A stretch of 64,000 nt of DNA from a candidate division FCPU426 bacterium (GCA_963719085.1 CAVRAL010000001.1:928001-992000); one strand, 5' to 3'. Numbered from the stretch's first letter, positions 1 to 10,145 are shown. Numbers and translations are program-made. Notes: a model not told the origin generated them from the letters alone.

Positions 1-192
1 ATTTTTCGCCACGCTGTCCCCTTTCGCGCAACCCGCCAATAGAAAAACACAAACCATCGCCACATGAATTTGTCGAAGCATCTGTTTCTCCTTGTTTCTT
101 TCGGGTTTTATGATAAACGCTCCCCGGAAGATCGTCAAAAAATTTAAGCGATTTAAAACGGGGAACGGCCTCCCAACCCGCCCGTTCCTTTC

Positions 193-221
193 TTGACTTC
201 CCCGTTTCCCTCCTCTAGAAT
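193..221 (+). promoter_or_regulatory. sigma70-type promoter of tRNA-Glu
   Basis: TTGACT (193-198), 17 bp spacer, TAGAAT (216-221), about 40 bp upstream of the tRNA. Confidence 0.75.
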
Positions 222-262
222 CTGCTCTCTTTTGAACAGCTATTGCTTCAAAAACAACATCC

Positions 263-338
263 GACCCCATCGTCTAGAGGCCTAGGACACCTGGTTTTCA
301 TCCAGGCAACACGGGTTCGAATCCCGTTGGGGTCACCA
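263..338 (+). tRNA. tRNA-Glu (TTC)
   Basis: Acceptor GACCCCA/TGGGGTC, anticodon arm CCTGG-TT-TTC-AT-CCAGG, T-loop GGTTCGAATCCC, encoded CCA. Confidence 0.97.
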
Positions 339-375
339 TTTTTACTTCCTTTCACCGCACCCTTGGAGTCCCAAA

Positions 376-1431
376 ATGATAAAAGTTGGCATTTACGGAG
401 CCACCGGTTACATGGGCGGAGAAGCTTTACGGGTCTTGCTGGAGCATCCCGGGGCGCAGGTTTCCTGGATTACCAGCCGCTCGGAAGCCGAACTCGCCGA
501 TTATCACCCCAATCTTTATGACGCCGCCCTCCGCTTTATCCGGCCGGAAAATATAACCCCTTGCGACGTGGTTTTTATGGCCGTACCCTCGGGCGTTTCC
601 ATGGAAGTGGCGCCCAAACTGCTCAAACAAGGCATGAAAGTCATCGACCTGGGATCGGACTTCCGGTTGGGCGACCGCGCGGTTTGGGAAAAAGTTTATA
701 AAAGAAAACACACCAGCTGGCCCCAGGCCCAAAAAGCCGTCTACGGCATCACCGAACTCCATCGGGAAGAGATTAAAAAGACCCAATTGGTCGCCAACCC
801 GGGCTGCTTCGCTTCCGCCGCCATTTTGGGGCTCGCGCCGCTGGTGGAAAACCAGCTGATCGACCTTTCCAAAATCACCGTGGACGGCCTTTCGGGAACC
901 GCCGGCGTGGGTTCCGAACTTTCCCGGCCGGCCCATCACGCTGAAATCGGCAACAACTTGATCCCCTACAACGTGGTCAACCACCGGCACACCTATGAAG
1001 TGGAGCAGGAGTTGACCCGGTTGGTGAAAAAGAAGGTCAGCGTCCATTTCACCCCGATCTACGTCCCCATCATCCGGGGGGTCCTGGATATCTGCCATGT
1101 TTTCCCCAAGCGTAAAATCACCCGTAAAGCCCTGTTGAAGCTTTATCAGGAATACTACGAGGGCGAGTTCTTCGTGAAAATTTACGACCTTCCCCATGAA
1201 AAAGGCGTTTCGTGGCAATACAAGCCTTACCCTTGGGTGAACAGCGTTTCCGGCACCAATTACAACTTGATTGGAATGGACGTGGATGAGGAACGGGGAC
1301 GGATCGTCATTTTCAGCGCCTTGGACAGCATCGGCAAGGGCGGCGCCCACGCCGGGGTCCAGAATATGAACCTGATGTTCGGCCTGGATGAAATGACCGG
1401 CCTGACCCGTTACGGCCTTCATCCTATTTGA
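376..1431 (+). CDS. argC: N-acetyl-gamma-glutamyl-phosphate reductase family (ArgC/LysY-like)
   Basis: GATGYMG Rossmann motif, ANPGC catalytic Cys, HRH motif, C-terminal GLHP. Confidence 0.85.
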   Translation: MIKVGIYGATGYMGGEALRVLLEHPGAQVSWITSRSEAELADYHPNLYDAALRFIRPENITPCDVVFMAVPSGVSMEVAPKLLKQGMKVIDLGSDFRLGDRAVWEKVYKRKHTSWPQAQKAVYGITELHREEIKKTQLVANPGCFASAAILGLAPLVENQLIDLSKITVDGLSGTAGVGSELSRPAHHAEIGNNLIPYNVVNHRHTYEVEQELTRLVKKKVSVHFTPIYVPIIRGVLDICHVFPKRKITRKALLKLYQEYYEGEFFVKIYDLPHEKGVSWQYKPYPWVNSVSGTNYNLIGMDVDEERGRIVIFSALDSIGKGGAHAGVQNMNLMFGLDEMTGLTRYGLHPI

Positions 1432-1459
1432 TTTCAACCGAAAGCAAACCCATACATTC

Positions 1460-1626
1460 GCAATGATCAAAGCGGATGAACGCCGATTTTAATAATTGAA
1501 AATTAAAAAGGATTTAGTTCTCATCGGCGTTTATCGGCGTCCGCGCCGCTTCTCCATATAATGGTTAGCGAAGAGCGGCATTGTCCTGGGAACCTTTGTC
1601 TTCAATACGGGATCCCGGGACATCAG
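1460..1626. repeat. Palindromic intergenic repeat, family A, long form with ~78 nt two-hairpin insert
   Basis: GCAATGATCAAAGCGGATGAACGCCGAT...ATCGGCGTTTATCGGCGT arms; homologous to 7498-7713 and 40010-40160. Confidence 0.8.
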
Positions 1627-1649
1627 CGCTAATGGACTAAGCCTTTCGG

Positions 1650-2033
1650 TCAGCTTTCGCCCCAGTCGATCTTATCCAAGATCGCCCAAACCGATTCGGG
1701 ATCCTGTTCCACCGGCACCCGGTAAAGGGCCGCCCCATTGCAAGGGCCGCTTTCGCACTCCCCGGTTTCAGGCCGGTAAATCGCCCCATGGCTTTTGCAA
1801 ACCACCCAAGCGCCGTCCTCGGATAAAAAATCATTATCGTCATAATCCAAGCCCACCATCCAATGCCGGCACAGGTTTAAATAAGCGTAAAACTCCCCGC
1901 CTTTTCGGATGAGAAAAGCCTCGGTGACCCGGTCGGCGCGGCGGATTTTAAATTTTTTGGTTTGGCCGTCTTTCAGCTCATCGATCCGGGCGATTTTGAC
2001 CCGGCGGGGGCCCGCCTTCTCTTTTTTAGGCAT
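1650..2033 (-). CDS. Rieske [2Fe-2S] ferredoxin
   Basis: CRH and CKSH Rieske ligand motifs. Confidence 0.9.
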   Translation of the reverse strand: MPKKEKAGPRRVKIARIDELKDGQTKKFKIRRADRVTEAFLIRKGGEFYAYLNLCRHWMVGLDYDDNDFLSEDGAWVVCKSHGAIYRPETGECESGPCNGAALYRVPVEQDPESVWAILDKIDWGES

Positions 2034-3606
2034 GGGGTTCTTCCTTTTTCCGCGGCAAGATCGACAGGACCATCAACAGAATCCCCGAAAGGAAAAGGCA
2101 AAAAAACGCGAACCAGTGCCCCCATTTAAAATAAAAAGTCGGTCCCGCCGCGGTTAAAACCGGTTCGGTCAAAAGGGCTTCCTGATAAAGCGGGGTCTGG
2201 CCCAAAAGGCGGCCCAAAGGATCGGTCGCCAGTGAAATTCCCGTGTTGGCGCAGCGGAAGAGCGGTTTGCGTTCTTCCGCCGCCCGGACCACGGCCATCA
2301 TGGCGTGTTGATAGGCGCAGGCCGTGCGGCCATACCAGGCGTCGTTGCTGATGTTGACCAAAACATCCGCCCCCGTATCCAGCGCCGCCCGCCGGATGTC
2401 CCCGGGAAAAATGGCCTCGTAGCAGATCACCGGAGTGAACGAGAAGCGCTCGGTCTCAAAATGGGAATAAGCCGGACCGGGTTGAAAACTCCCCAAATCG
2501 CTCACGACCGGCCCCAAGAAAAATAAATATTTTTGGAACGGCACATACTCGCCGAACGGGACCAAGTGGCGCTTGCGGTAGATTCCCAGGGGCTTCCCGG
2601 CGGCGCCGAAATAAACGGCCGCGTTGTAATCCGCCTCCCCCGCTTTGCCCGTCCGAAGCAAATCCAGGCAGCCCACCAAAATCGGCGTCTTGGCTTGGCG
2701 GACGATTCCCGAAACCGTCGCCAAGTCACCCGGCGTCCAGAGTAAAAAAGAAGGCGCCGCGGTCTCCGGCCACAGGATCAGATCCGGCTTCTCCCGCGCC
2801 GCCGCGTCGGTCCCCCGCGCCAAACGGCGGTAGGTGTCCTCGGCGTAAGTCCGGTTCCATTTGACCGACTGGTCGATATTGGGCTGGACGATCGCCACGT
2901 TTCCCGCCGCCGTCAGCGCGGCGCGATGAACTTCAAAGCCCCCCACCATCCCCAAAAGCGCGGTCAAAACCGCGGGAAACACAAAATATTTTAAGACGAC
3001 GGCGCGAGAGCCTACGGAAGCGCCCTCCCACCATAATAAATAAAGTCCCCGGGCCCCCAAACTGCCCGCCCCCACAATCAAAAAGGTAAGGCCTTCCACG
3101 CCCAAAAATGAGGTCCAAAATAAGAATGAGGGATAAGGCGCGCAAGCGTAGCCGATTTGATCCCAGGGGAAACCCCCAAAAAACCAATTGGCCCGGATGG
3201 TCTCCAATCCCACCCAAAGGACGGGGACGCCCAGCTCAAAGAGCCACGAGGAGCGCAGGCGGGCGCGGGCCCAGGAAAAAAGGAAACCAAAAACCAGAAA
3301 AAAAAGACTGAGGCCAAAGACCAGGGCGGCCCAAGCCGGAAAGCTCAAATATTGGGCCTCGCGCAAAAGCGCGATCCAGTAGAGGATCCCCCCAAATTGG
3401 ACCAGACCGAAGACCCAGCCCAAAAGGGCTCCCCGCTTTAAATCCGCTTGTTGGAGGGCGAGAAAAAAAGGAACCAACGCGACCCACACCAAGGGCGCGC
3501 CCCAGGGAGTCAAACTTTTATCCAGGAAATTGGGGAAAGAAAAGACGACCAGCCATCCGCTCAAAACACAAAGCGCCAAGGAGCCTTTGAGCGAAAATGG
3601 TTTCAT
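2026..3606 (-). CDS. lnt: Apolipoprotein N-acyltransferase
   Basis: N-terminal TM segments; QPNI, WPETA, KRHLVPFGEY, ICYE and NDAWY nitrilase-fold motifs. Confidence 0.95.
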   Translation of the reverse strand: MKPFSLKGSLALCVLSGWLVVFSFPNFLDKSLTPWGAPLVWVALVPFFLALQQADLKRGALLGWVFGLVQFGGILYWIALLREAQYLSFPAWAALVFGLSLFFLVFGFLFSWARARLRSSWLFELGVPVLWVGLETIRANWFFGGFPWDQIGYACAPYPSFLFWTSFLGVEGLTFLIVGAGSLGARGLYLLWWEGASVGSRAVVLKYFVFPAVLTALLGMVGGFEVHRAALTAAGNVAIVQPNIDQSVKWNRTYAEDTYRRLARGTDAAAREKPDLILWPETAAPSFLLWTPGDLATVSGIVRQAKTPILVGCLDLLRTGKAGEADYNAAVYFGAAGKPLGIYRKRHLVPFGEYVPFQKYLFFLGPVVSDLGSFQPGPAYSHFETERFSFTPVICYEAIFPGDIRRAALDTGADVLVNISNDAWYGRTACAYQHAMMAVVRAAEERKPLFRCANTGISLATDPLGRLLGQTPLYQEALLTEPVLTAAGPTFYFKWGHWFAFFCLFLSGILLMVLSILPRKKEEPHA

Positions 3607-3627
3607 GAAATCACTTAAAAAGCGGGT

Positions 3628-4689
3628 TTATTTTTTGCGGGGTTTGGCGGTCGACTCGCGGATGATCAAATCCACGTCAAAAGCCCGGTGCAGGTACTCG
3701 ATCGGGGTCCCGTTCAAGATCGAATGCGCGATATTGACGGAGGCTTTCCCCATCTCTAAAAGCGGCTGATGCAGGGTCGTCAAGGAAGGATCGGCGAGCC
3801 GGGCCACGTAGGTATCGTCAAAACCGATGATCGAGATATCTTCCGGAACTGATTTTCCCTTGTGGCGGGCCGCCTTGATCACGCCGATCGCCATCGTGTC
3901 GGACACGCAGCAAATCGTGGTCAGATCGGGGTTCTTGTCCAACAGCTCCTTGCCCAATTGGTAGCCCGCGTCCAAGGTGAAAGGATCGGGCCGGAAATGG
4001 GAATAAACCACGTTTTGTTCTTGAAAAGGAATGCCGTGGTCGCGTAAGGCGTCCCGGTAGCCGGACAGCCGGTCCTGGCAGATCTTTAAATGCTCCGGGC
4101 CGTTCACGAACCCGATGCGTTTATGATCCAGGGAAATCAGGTAAGCCACCGCCTTATAAATGCCTTTGCGGTCCTCGGCGTGGAGGGTCGGGATTTTTTC
4201 CAAGATATGGTTCGGGCCTTCCATAGCCACCGGCTGCAAAATAATCAAGGGCAGCTCTTCTTTTTGGAATCGTTCCAGAACCGCGTCTTCCATGGGAACG
4301 GACAAGGCGATGACGGCGTCGATGCGGCGTTCGCCCAAAATGCGGTCATAAATATCGTTGAATTCCTCCAAGCTTCCGTTGCAATTATAAATTTTCAAAT
4401 CCACATTGGCGTGACGGCATTCCATCTCAATGCCGCGGATGATTTCGTTGTAATAAGGGGAATCAAACATCGTCCCGAAAATACCGATGGTGTTGGTCCG
4501 GGACATCACCAAACTGCGGGCCGCGACATTGGGATAATAGTTGAATTTTTTGATCGCCTCTAAAACCTTTTCACGGGTTTCAGCGGAGATCCGGGGATTT
4601 TGGTTGATCACCATGGACACCGTGGTGTGGGAAACACCGCAGTATTTGGCGATTTGTTTTAAGGTCGCGCGGGACCGGCTATGGAGCAT
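3628..4689 (-). CDS. LacI-family transcriptional regulator
   Basis: TLKQIAKYCGVSHTTVS HTH, YxPNxxARSL hinge, VPEDISIIGFDD, LIIREST. Confidence 0.95.
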   Translation of the reverse strand: MLHSRSRATLKQIAKYCGVSHTTVSMVINQNPRISAETREKVLEAIKKFNYYPNVAARSLVMSRTNTIGIFGTMFDSPYYNEIIRGIEMECRHANVDLKIYNCNGSLEEFNDIYDRILGERRIDAVIALSVPMEDAVLERFQKEELPLIILQPVAMEGPNHILEKIPTLHAEDRKGIYKAVAYLISLDHKRIGFVNGPEHLKICQDRLSGYRDALRDHGIPFQEQNVVYSHFRPDPFTLDAGYQLGKELLDKNPDLTTICCVSDTMAIGVIKAARHKGKSVPEDISIIGFDDTYVARLADPSLTTLHQPLLEMGKASVNIAHSILNGTPIEYLHRAFDVDLIIRESTAKPRKK

Positions 4690-4723
4690 GATATCGTTTT
4701 AAATACCTCGTTAAAAAAACTGC

Positions 4724-5077
4724 TTAGGGTTTTTGGGGCGCCGTCGTAGCCGGAACCGTGTTGGCGGAAGAAGCCGCCGCGGGCTGTGAACCCTGCGCCG
4801 CCTGGGCCGCTTGCTGCTGTTGGACGATGGTGTCGGCCACCGAACTGGTCTGATTCTCGAACCGGGGGAAAACCGACAGACCCAGGCACAACAACATAAA
4901 GAGAGCGGCTAAAATGGTTGTGAACTTGGTCCAAAAGGTTTTTCCGCTGGTTCCCAAAAGGCTTTGGCCCGTTCCGGCGAAAAGTCCCCCGCCGGCGCTT
5001 TTCGGCTGCTGGATCAGGATGACCCCGATCAAAAGAAAGGCGGTAAAAACAAACAAGGTCATAATAAAGGTGTACAT
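4724..5077 (-). CDS. secG: Preprotein translocase subunit SecG
   Basis: Two TM helices around ILIQQPKSAGGGLF...TKFT; position after tpiA; ATG 5077 with GGAGAG RBS. Confidence 0.9.
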   Translation of the reverse strand: MYTFIMTLFVFTAFLLIGVILIQQPKSAGGGLFAGTGQSLLGTSGKTFWTKFTTILAALFMLLCLGLSVFPRFENQTSSVADTIVQQQQAAQAAQGSQPAAASSANTVPATTAPQKP

Positions 5078-5232
5078 GATTCTCTCCAAAAAAGGTTCCG
5101 GGTTTAATCAAACCCGGGTGTCTAGGTTTCCGGCGAAACCAAACCGAAGCCGTCAGGCGGATTTAAACCGGAGGGTTATTTTAAATTAAACCGGGCGGAA
5201 AGTGCCAAAAAAATTGGGTTTAAAGCGCCAAG

Positions 5233-5985
5233 TTAGTACCGGACCAAGGCCTCAAAAGAATCGGCTTTAAGGCTGGCGCCGCCCACCAAAGCCCCGTCAA
5301 TATCCGGCTGGGCCATCAATTGCTTGATATTCTCGGGCTTCACGCTTCCCCCATATTGAATCCGGAGGGCTTCCGCCGCTCCCGCGTTGTATTTGGCCTT
5401 AACCCATTCCCGGATGAAATGATGCACCTGGTTGGCCTGCTCCGGCGTCGCCGTCTTCCCCGTCCCAATCGCCCAAACCGGCTCATAGGCGATGACCACG
5501 GATGCCAAATCCGCCAGCGAGATATTCTCAAAGCAACCCTTCAACTGGGTCTCAATGACCGCCTCGGTCTTTCCCGATTCCCGCTCCTGAAGGGTTTCCC
5601 CCACGCAAACAATCGCCTTCAAACCATTTTTCAGGACGTTTTTAAGCTTTTGGTTGATCCGGGAGTCGGTGTCGTTGTCATATTGACGGCGCTCCGAATG
5701 ACCCAAAATCACGAACTTCACCCCAACCGCTCGAAGCATGGAAGGACTCACATTGCCGGTAAAGGCGCCCTCGTTTTCCCAGTGGGCGTCTTGGGCGCCG
5801 ACTTGGATTTTGGAAAAGCCCAAAACGCCCGTGACCGCGTCCAGCGACAAGGCGGTGGGGCAAACCACGATTTCCCGGCCTTCGACGTCTTTCAATTTTT
5901 CGTCCAATTGTTTCGCGAAGTCCACGGACTCCTTGACGGTTTTATACATTTTCCAGTTACCGGCGATAATCGGGGTGCGGGCCAT
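5233..5985 (-). CDS. tpiA: Triosephosphate isomerase
   Basis: AGNWKM, GHSERR, AYEPVWAIGTG, YGGSVK. Confidence 0.98.
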   Translation of the reverse strand: MARTPIIAGNWKMYKTVKESVDFAKQLDEKLKDVEGREIVVCPTALSLDAVTGVLGFSKIQVGAQDAHWENEGAFTGNVSPSMLRAVGVKFVILGHSERRQYDNDTDSRINQKLKNVLKNGLKAIVCVGETLQERESGKTEAVIETQLKGCFENISLADLASVVIAYEPVWAIGTGKTATPEQANQVHHFIREWVKAKYNAGAAEALRIQYGGSVKPENIKQLMAQPDIDGALVGGASLKADSFEALVRY

Positions 5986-6026
5986 ATGAGGTTCCTTTCA
6001 AATTTCAAATCAAGAAACTGCGATTT

Positions 6027-6116
6027 ACCACGAAGTTCACAAAGTTCACGAAGTTTAGGCAAAACAATCTACTTTTGATTTTTGTCTCACTTCGTGCACT
6101 TTGTGAACTTCGTGGT
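6027..6116. repeat. 28-bp inverted repeat built from 9-bp CACRAAGTT units (family B)
   Basis: ACCACGAAGTTCACAAAGTTCACGAAGT (6027-6054) versus reverse complement at 6089-6116, 27/28 match. Confidence 0.85.
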
Positions 6117-6124
6117 GAAAAATC

Positions 6125-7327
6125 TTATTTCTTGTCGGTTAACGCGACAATTCCTGGAAGTTGTTTCCCTTCCATGAACTCAAGCGAGGCGCCGCCGCCG
6201 GTGGAGATATGGGACATTTTGGAAGCCAATCCCATTTGGGTCACCGCCGCCACCGAGTCGCCGCCGCCCACGATGGTAATGGCTCCCCGTTCGGAAGCTT
6301 CGGCCATTAATTTGGCGATGGCCAGCGTCCCCTTGGCGAAGGGTTCCATCTCAAAGACTCCGATGGGGCCGTTCCAAAAAATGGTTTTGGCGGTGCGGAT
6401 GAAGGTCGCGTATTTTTCAACGGTATTCGGCCCCGCGTCCAACCCTTCCCAGCCGGGCGCGATGCCTCCCCGGGGGACAATCTTGATGTTCGCTTTGGCG
6501 TCGTATTTATCCGCGACCACGTGGTCGATGGGCAAAAGAAGCGGCACATCGGTATCAATGGATTGCATCATCAGATCCTTGGCCAAATCGATCTTGTCGT
6601 TCTCCACGATCGAATTCCCAATCTCCAATTTCCGGGCTTTCAAAAAGGTATAGGCCATCCCGCCGCCGATGATCAAAACGTCCACGACCTTCATTAAGCT
6701 CTTGATGACCTCAATTTTCGAGGAAACCTTCGACCCGCCCACAATGGCCACGAAAGGCCGCGCCGGGTTGGATAAAGCCCCGCCCAGGTACTGGATTTCT
6801 TTCATCATCAGGAATCCCGCCGCCGACTGGGGGATGAACTTGGTCACGCCCTCCGTGGAAGCGTGGGCCCGGTGGGCGGTGCCAAAGGCGTCGTTCACGT
6901 AAAGATCGGCCAAGGCCGCCAATTTTTTGGCGAAAGCGGGGTCGTTCTTTTCTTCCTCGGGATAAAAACGGATGTTTTCCAACAAGGCCACATCCCCGTT
7001 CTTCATGGCCGCGACTTCCTTCTCGACTTCCGGACCCACCGAATCAGTCAAAGCCTTCACCGGCTTCTTTAAAAGCTCGGACAAGCGTTCGGCCACCGGC
7101 TTCAAGCGCAGCTTCTCGTCCACGCCCTTGGGGCGTCCCAAGTGGGAAACCAAAACCACCTTGGCCCCTTTATCCGAAAGATATTGGATGGTTTTCAGGG
7201 ATTCGCGGATACGGGTATCGTCGGTGATTTTGAGATTCGCGTCGAGCGGGACGTTAAAATCCACCCGGACCAAAACCCTTTTACCCGCCGGGCTTAAATC
7301 TTCCACCGTTAATTTGTTGAGCGCCAA
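6125..7327 (-). CDS. pgk: Phosphoglycerate kinase
   Basis: [36 protein letters not shown] start after AGGAGG. Confidence 0.98.
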   Translation of the reverse strand: MALNKLTVEDLSPAGKRVLVRVDFNVPLDANLKITDDTRIRESLKTIQYLSDKGAKVVLVSHLGRPKGVDEKLRLKPVAERLSELLKKPVKALTDSVGPEVEKEVAAMKNGDVALLENIRFYPEEEKNDPAFAKKLAALADLYVNDAFGTAHRAHASTEGVTKFIPQSAAGFLMMKEIQYLGGALSNPARPFVAIVGGSKVSSKIEVIKSLMKVVDVLIIGGGMAYTFLKARKLEIGNSIVENDKIDLAKDLMMQSIDTDVPLLLPIDHVVADKYDAKANIKIVPRGGIAPGWEGLDAGPNTVEKYATFIRTAKTIFWNGPIGVFEMEPFAKGTLAIAKLMAEASERGAITIVGGGDSVAAVTQMGLASKMSHISTGGGASLEFMEGKQLPGIVALTDKK

Positions 7328-7348
7328 GATCCGCCTCCTAAAATGTCT

Positions 7349-7716
7349 TTAGAACCTCTAACAAAAATCAAAGGCATCGCAACAATGATGAACGCTGATA
7401 AACGCGGATTTGTAAAAAATCATAGGACTTCGACCATTTTTTATCAGCGTCCATCCGTATCCATCATTGTAAAAAAGGTTTTTGTAAGAGACTCTTAGAA
7501 CCTCCAACAAAATTAAACGTCATTGAACAATGATGTTCCCAGGCTCCATATTGAAGTCAAAAATACCCGGGACACCGCCGCTCTCCCATAACCATGATAT
7601 GGAGAAGCGACGCGGACGCCGATAAACGCAGATTTGAGAAAACATAAAATTGGGCCATTTTTCATCAGCGTTCATCCGCGTTAATCATTGTAAAAAGTCA
7701 TTATTAGAGACTCTCA
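7349..7716. mobile_element. Two tandem MITE-like units (7352-7494, 7498-7713) with imperfect TIRs and TNA flanks, each enclosing a family A palindrome
   Basis: TTA-GAACCTCTAACAAAA...TTTTGTAAGAGACTC-TTA-GAACCTCCAACAAAA...TTATTAGAGACTC-TCA. Confidence 0.65.
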
Positions 7717-8649
7717 CTTCTTTTTTGCCTGCATATCGGTCTTGAAGGCTTCCGCGATCGTGCTCAAAGCGCCCAAGGTTCCGCTGGCTTCCATCGGCAA
7801 AAAGATCTTAGTGGCTTGGCCGTCGGCCACGGTGCCGAGCGTCTCCATGTACTTCAAGGCCAAAATATCCTGGGTCGGATTTCCGTCATGCATGGCCTTG
7901 AAAACGGTGGTGATGGCCTGCGCCTCACCCTCAGCCAAGGCGATTTTTTGGAATTTATTCGCGCTGGCGACCTGTTGGATCGCCGCGGCCTGTCCTTCGG
8001 CGCTCAGGATGGCCGATTGCTTTTCCCCTTCCGCCTTGGTGATGGCGGCCTGCTTGATTCCCTCGGCCTCGATGATGGCGGCCCGCTTGGTGCGCTCCGC
8101 CTTCATTTGGGCGCTCATGGCGTTCACGATATCGGCCGGCGGGTCGATCTTTTGGATTTCCACGCGCGTGACCTTCACGCCCCATTTGTCGGTGGCCTCG
8201 TCCAAAATTTCCCGCAGTTGGGTGTTGATGCGCTCCCGGCTGTTCAAGGTCTCATCCAGCGCCAGTTCCCCGATGGTATTGCGCAGGTTGGTTTGGGCCA
8301 GCTTCAAGGCCGACATCTCGAACTGCTTCACGTTGTAAACCACCTTGAAGGCGTCCGTCACCAAGAAATAAATGACCGCGTCCACGGTCACGACCACGTT
8401 GTCTTTGGTGATAACTTCCTGGGGCGGAACCCCGATGACCTGCTCGCGCATGTCGACTTTGCGCATGGTCTCGATGAAGGGAAACACCACGGTCAAGCCG
8501 GGCTCGCTGGTCTTTAAAAACCGTCCCAAACGCTCCACCAAACCCTTTTCAAAGGGCCGCACGATCTTGATGGCCATGGACACGTAGATAAAAGCGAAAA
8601 TGAAAACAATAAAAACCACCGGACCTTCCAAAGCGCCTAACGCGTCCAT
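7714..8649 (-). CDS. SPFH/band 7 (QmcA/paraslipin-like) membrane protein
   Basis: N-terminal TM, VERLGRF, ITKDNV, WGVKVTRVEI, AEG-rich coiled coil. Confidence 0.93.
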   Translation of the reverse strand: MDALGALEGPVVFIVFIFAFIYVSMAIKIVRPFEKGLVERLGRFLKTSEPGLTVVFPFIETMRKVDMREQVIGVPPQEVITKDNVVVTVDAVIYFLVTDAFKVVYNVKQFEMSALKLAQTNLRNTIGELALDETLNSRERINTQLREILDEATDKWGVKVTRVEIQKIDPPADIVNAMSAQMKAERTKRAAIIEAEGIKQAAITKAEGEKQSAILSAEGQAAAIQQVASANKFQKIALAEGEAQAITTVFKAMHDGNPTQDILALKYMETLGTVADGQATKIFLPMEASGTLGALSTIAEAFKTDMQAKKK

Positions 8650-8673
8650 AAAGCCTCCTGGAAATTAAAAAAG

Positions 8674-9114
8674 TTATTGGGTTGGGTTAATAATTTCGAC
8701 GATTAAAAGATTGGACCTAACTTCTTTCACCCGGACCTCATCGCCCACCGTCAAGGACGGAGACCCTTGCGACTCGACCCGCCAGGACTGGCCTTCCACC
8801 ATGGCATAGCCATGGGTCGGGGGATTCGACAAGAGCTTGGTGACTTTTCCGGTTTGCCCGATGAGTGAGTCCACATTGGCCAAACGGGCGCTTTTACCCG
8901 ATAGCTTGGCGGCCCAACGGCGGGTGACGGCGACGAGCAACACCGAGGAAACGCCAAATAAAATATACTGAATGACGTCGGAAGGAACAAAAAAACTGAC
9001 GATGGCCGTGAGGACTGCCCCCGCGCCTATCCATAGGAAGAAAAAAGAGGTGGTGGCGATTTCCAGGGTGAACAACGCCACCGCCAGAAGTCCCCACCAG
9101 AGCGCAGGAGCCAT
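8674..9114 (-). CDS. NfeD-family membrane protein (partner of SPFH)
   Basis: TM N-terminus, LIGQTGKV...GQSW OB-fold; canonical nfeD-SPFH pairing; ATG 9114. Confidence 0.88.
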   Translation of the reverse strand: MAPALWWGLLAVALFTLEIATTSFFFLWIGAGAVLTAIVSFFVPSDVIQYILFGVSSVLLVAVTRRWAAKLSGKSARLANVDSLIGQTGKVTKLLSNPPTHGYAMVEGQSWRVESQGSPSLTVGDEVRVKEVRSNLLIVEIINPTQ

Positions 9115-9137
9115 GAGCCCGCCTTTTACAGGAAGCT

Positions 9138-10145
9138 TTACTTCTTCGAGGCCATGTATTCCACGAGGTCGACCACGCGGTTGGAATAACCCCATTCGTT
9201 GTCATACCAGGAAAGCACCTTGACCATATTGCCGCCCACCACGTAAGTGGAAAGCAGGTCCACGATCGAGGAATGCGAGTTGCCTTTGAAGTCCAAGGAA
9301 ACCAAGGGTTCGTCGGTCACGTCCAGATACTTGTCCAGTTTCGGGCTCTTGGCCGCTTCTTTCAAAGCGTTGTTCACGTCGTCCTTGGTGACGGTTTTGG
9401 AGACTTCGACCACCAGGTCGACCACCGAAACCACCGGCGTGGGAACGCGGATCGACAATCCGTCCAATTTTCCCTTCATTTCCGGCAGGACCAAACCAAT
9501 GGCCTTGGCGGCTCCCGTGCTGGTCGGGATCATGTTGAGGCTGGCGGCGCGGGCGCGGCGCAGGTCCTTATGCGGAAAGTCCAAGGTGACCTGGTCGTTG
9601 GTGAAGCTGTGGATCGTGGTCATCAAGCCCTTCACGATGCCGAACTTCTCGTGCAAAACCTTGGCGAAAGGCGCCAAGCAGTTGGTCGTGCAGGAAGCGT
9701 TGGAAACCACATGGTGGTTCGCCGGTTCGTATTTATCCTCGTTCACGCCCAAGACGATGGTGATATCCTCGCCCGTGGCCGGCGCCGAGATGATGACTTT
9801 CTTCACGGAATCGCGAAGATGGGCCTTGGCCTTTTCCTTATCGGTGAAGAACCCCGTGGATTCCACCACGAATTCCGCGCCCACGGTTCCCCAAGGAATC
9901 TGGGCCGGATCGCGCTGGGAGAACACTTTGATTTCTTTGCCGTTGACCGTGATGGAGCCTTCGCCGGCCTTGATGTCGGCGTGCAAGTTGCCCAGCACCG
10001 AGTCGTACTTGAGCAAATGAGCCAGGGTTTTGGAATCCGTCAGGTCGTTTACGGCGACGATTTCAATGTTGGGGTTGCTCATCGCGGCGCGATAGACGTT
10101 GCGTCCAATGCGACCGAATCCGTTGATTCCGACTTTAATGGCCAT
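9138..10145 (-). CDS. gap: Type I glyceraldehyde-3-phosphate dehydrogenase
   Basis: [30 protein letters not shown] 10145 with GGAGG RBS. Confidence 0.98.
   Translation of the reverse strand: MAIKVGINGFGRIGRNVYRAAMSNPNIEIVAVNDLTDSKTLAHLLKYDSVLGNLHADIKAGEGSITVNGKEIKVFSQRDPAQIPWGTVGAEFVVESTGFFTDKEKAKAHLRDSVKKVIISAPATGEDITIVLGVNEDKYEPANHHVVSNASCTTNCLAPFAKVLHEKFGIVKGLMTTIHSFTNDQVTLDFPHKDLRRARAASLNMIPTSTGAAKAIGLVLPEMKGKLDGLSIRVPTPVVSVVDLVVEVSKTVTKDDVNNALKEAAKSPKLDKYLDVTDEPLVSLDFKGNSHSSIVDLLSTYVVGGNMVKVLSWYDNEWGYSNRVVDLVEYMASKK

Noticed and set aside
243..521. 92-aa ORF
   Set aside because: Overlaps tRNA-Glu and the argC start
5090..5230. Riboswitch or tRNA between tpiA and secG
   Set aside because: Only short hairpins; no cloverleaf or known aptamer motif recognised
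7349..7716. Possible CRISPR array
   Set aside because: Repeats are inverted and degenerate, with no regular repeat-spacer period and no cas genes
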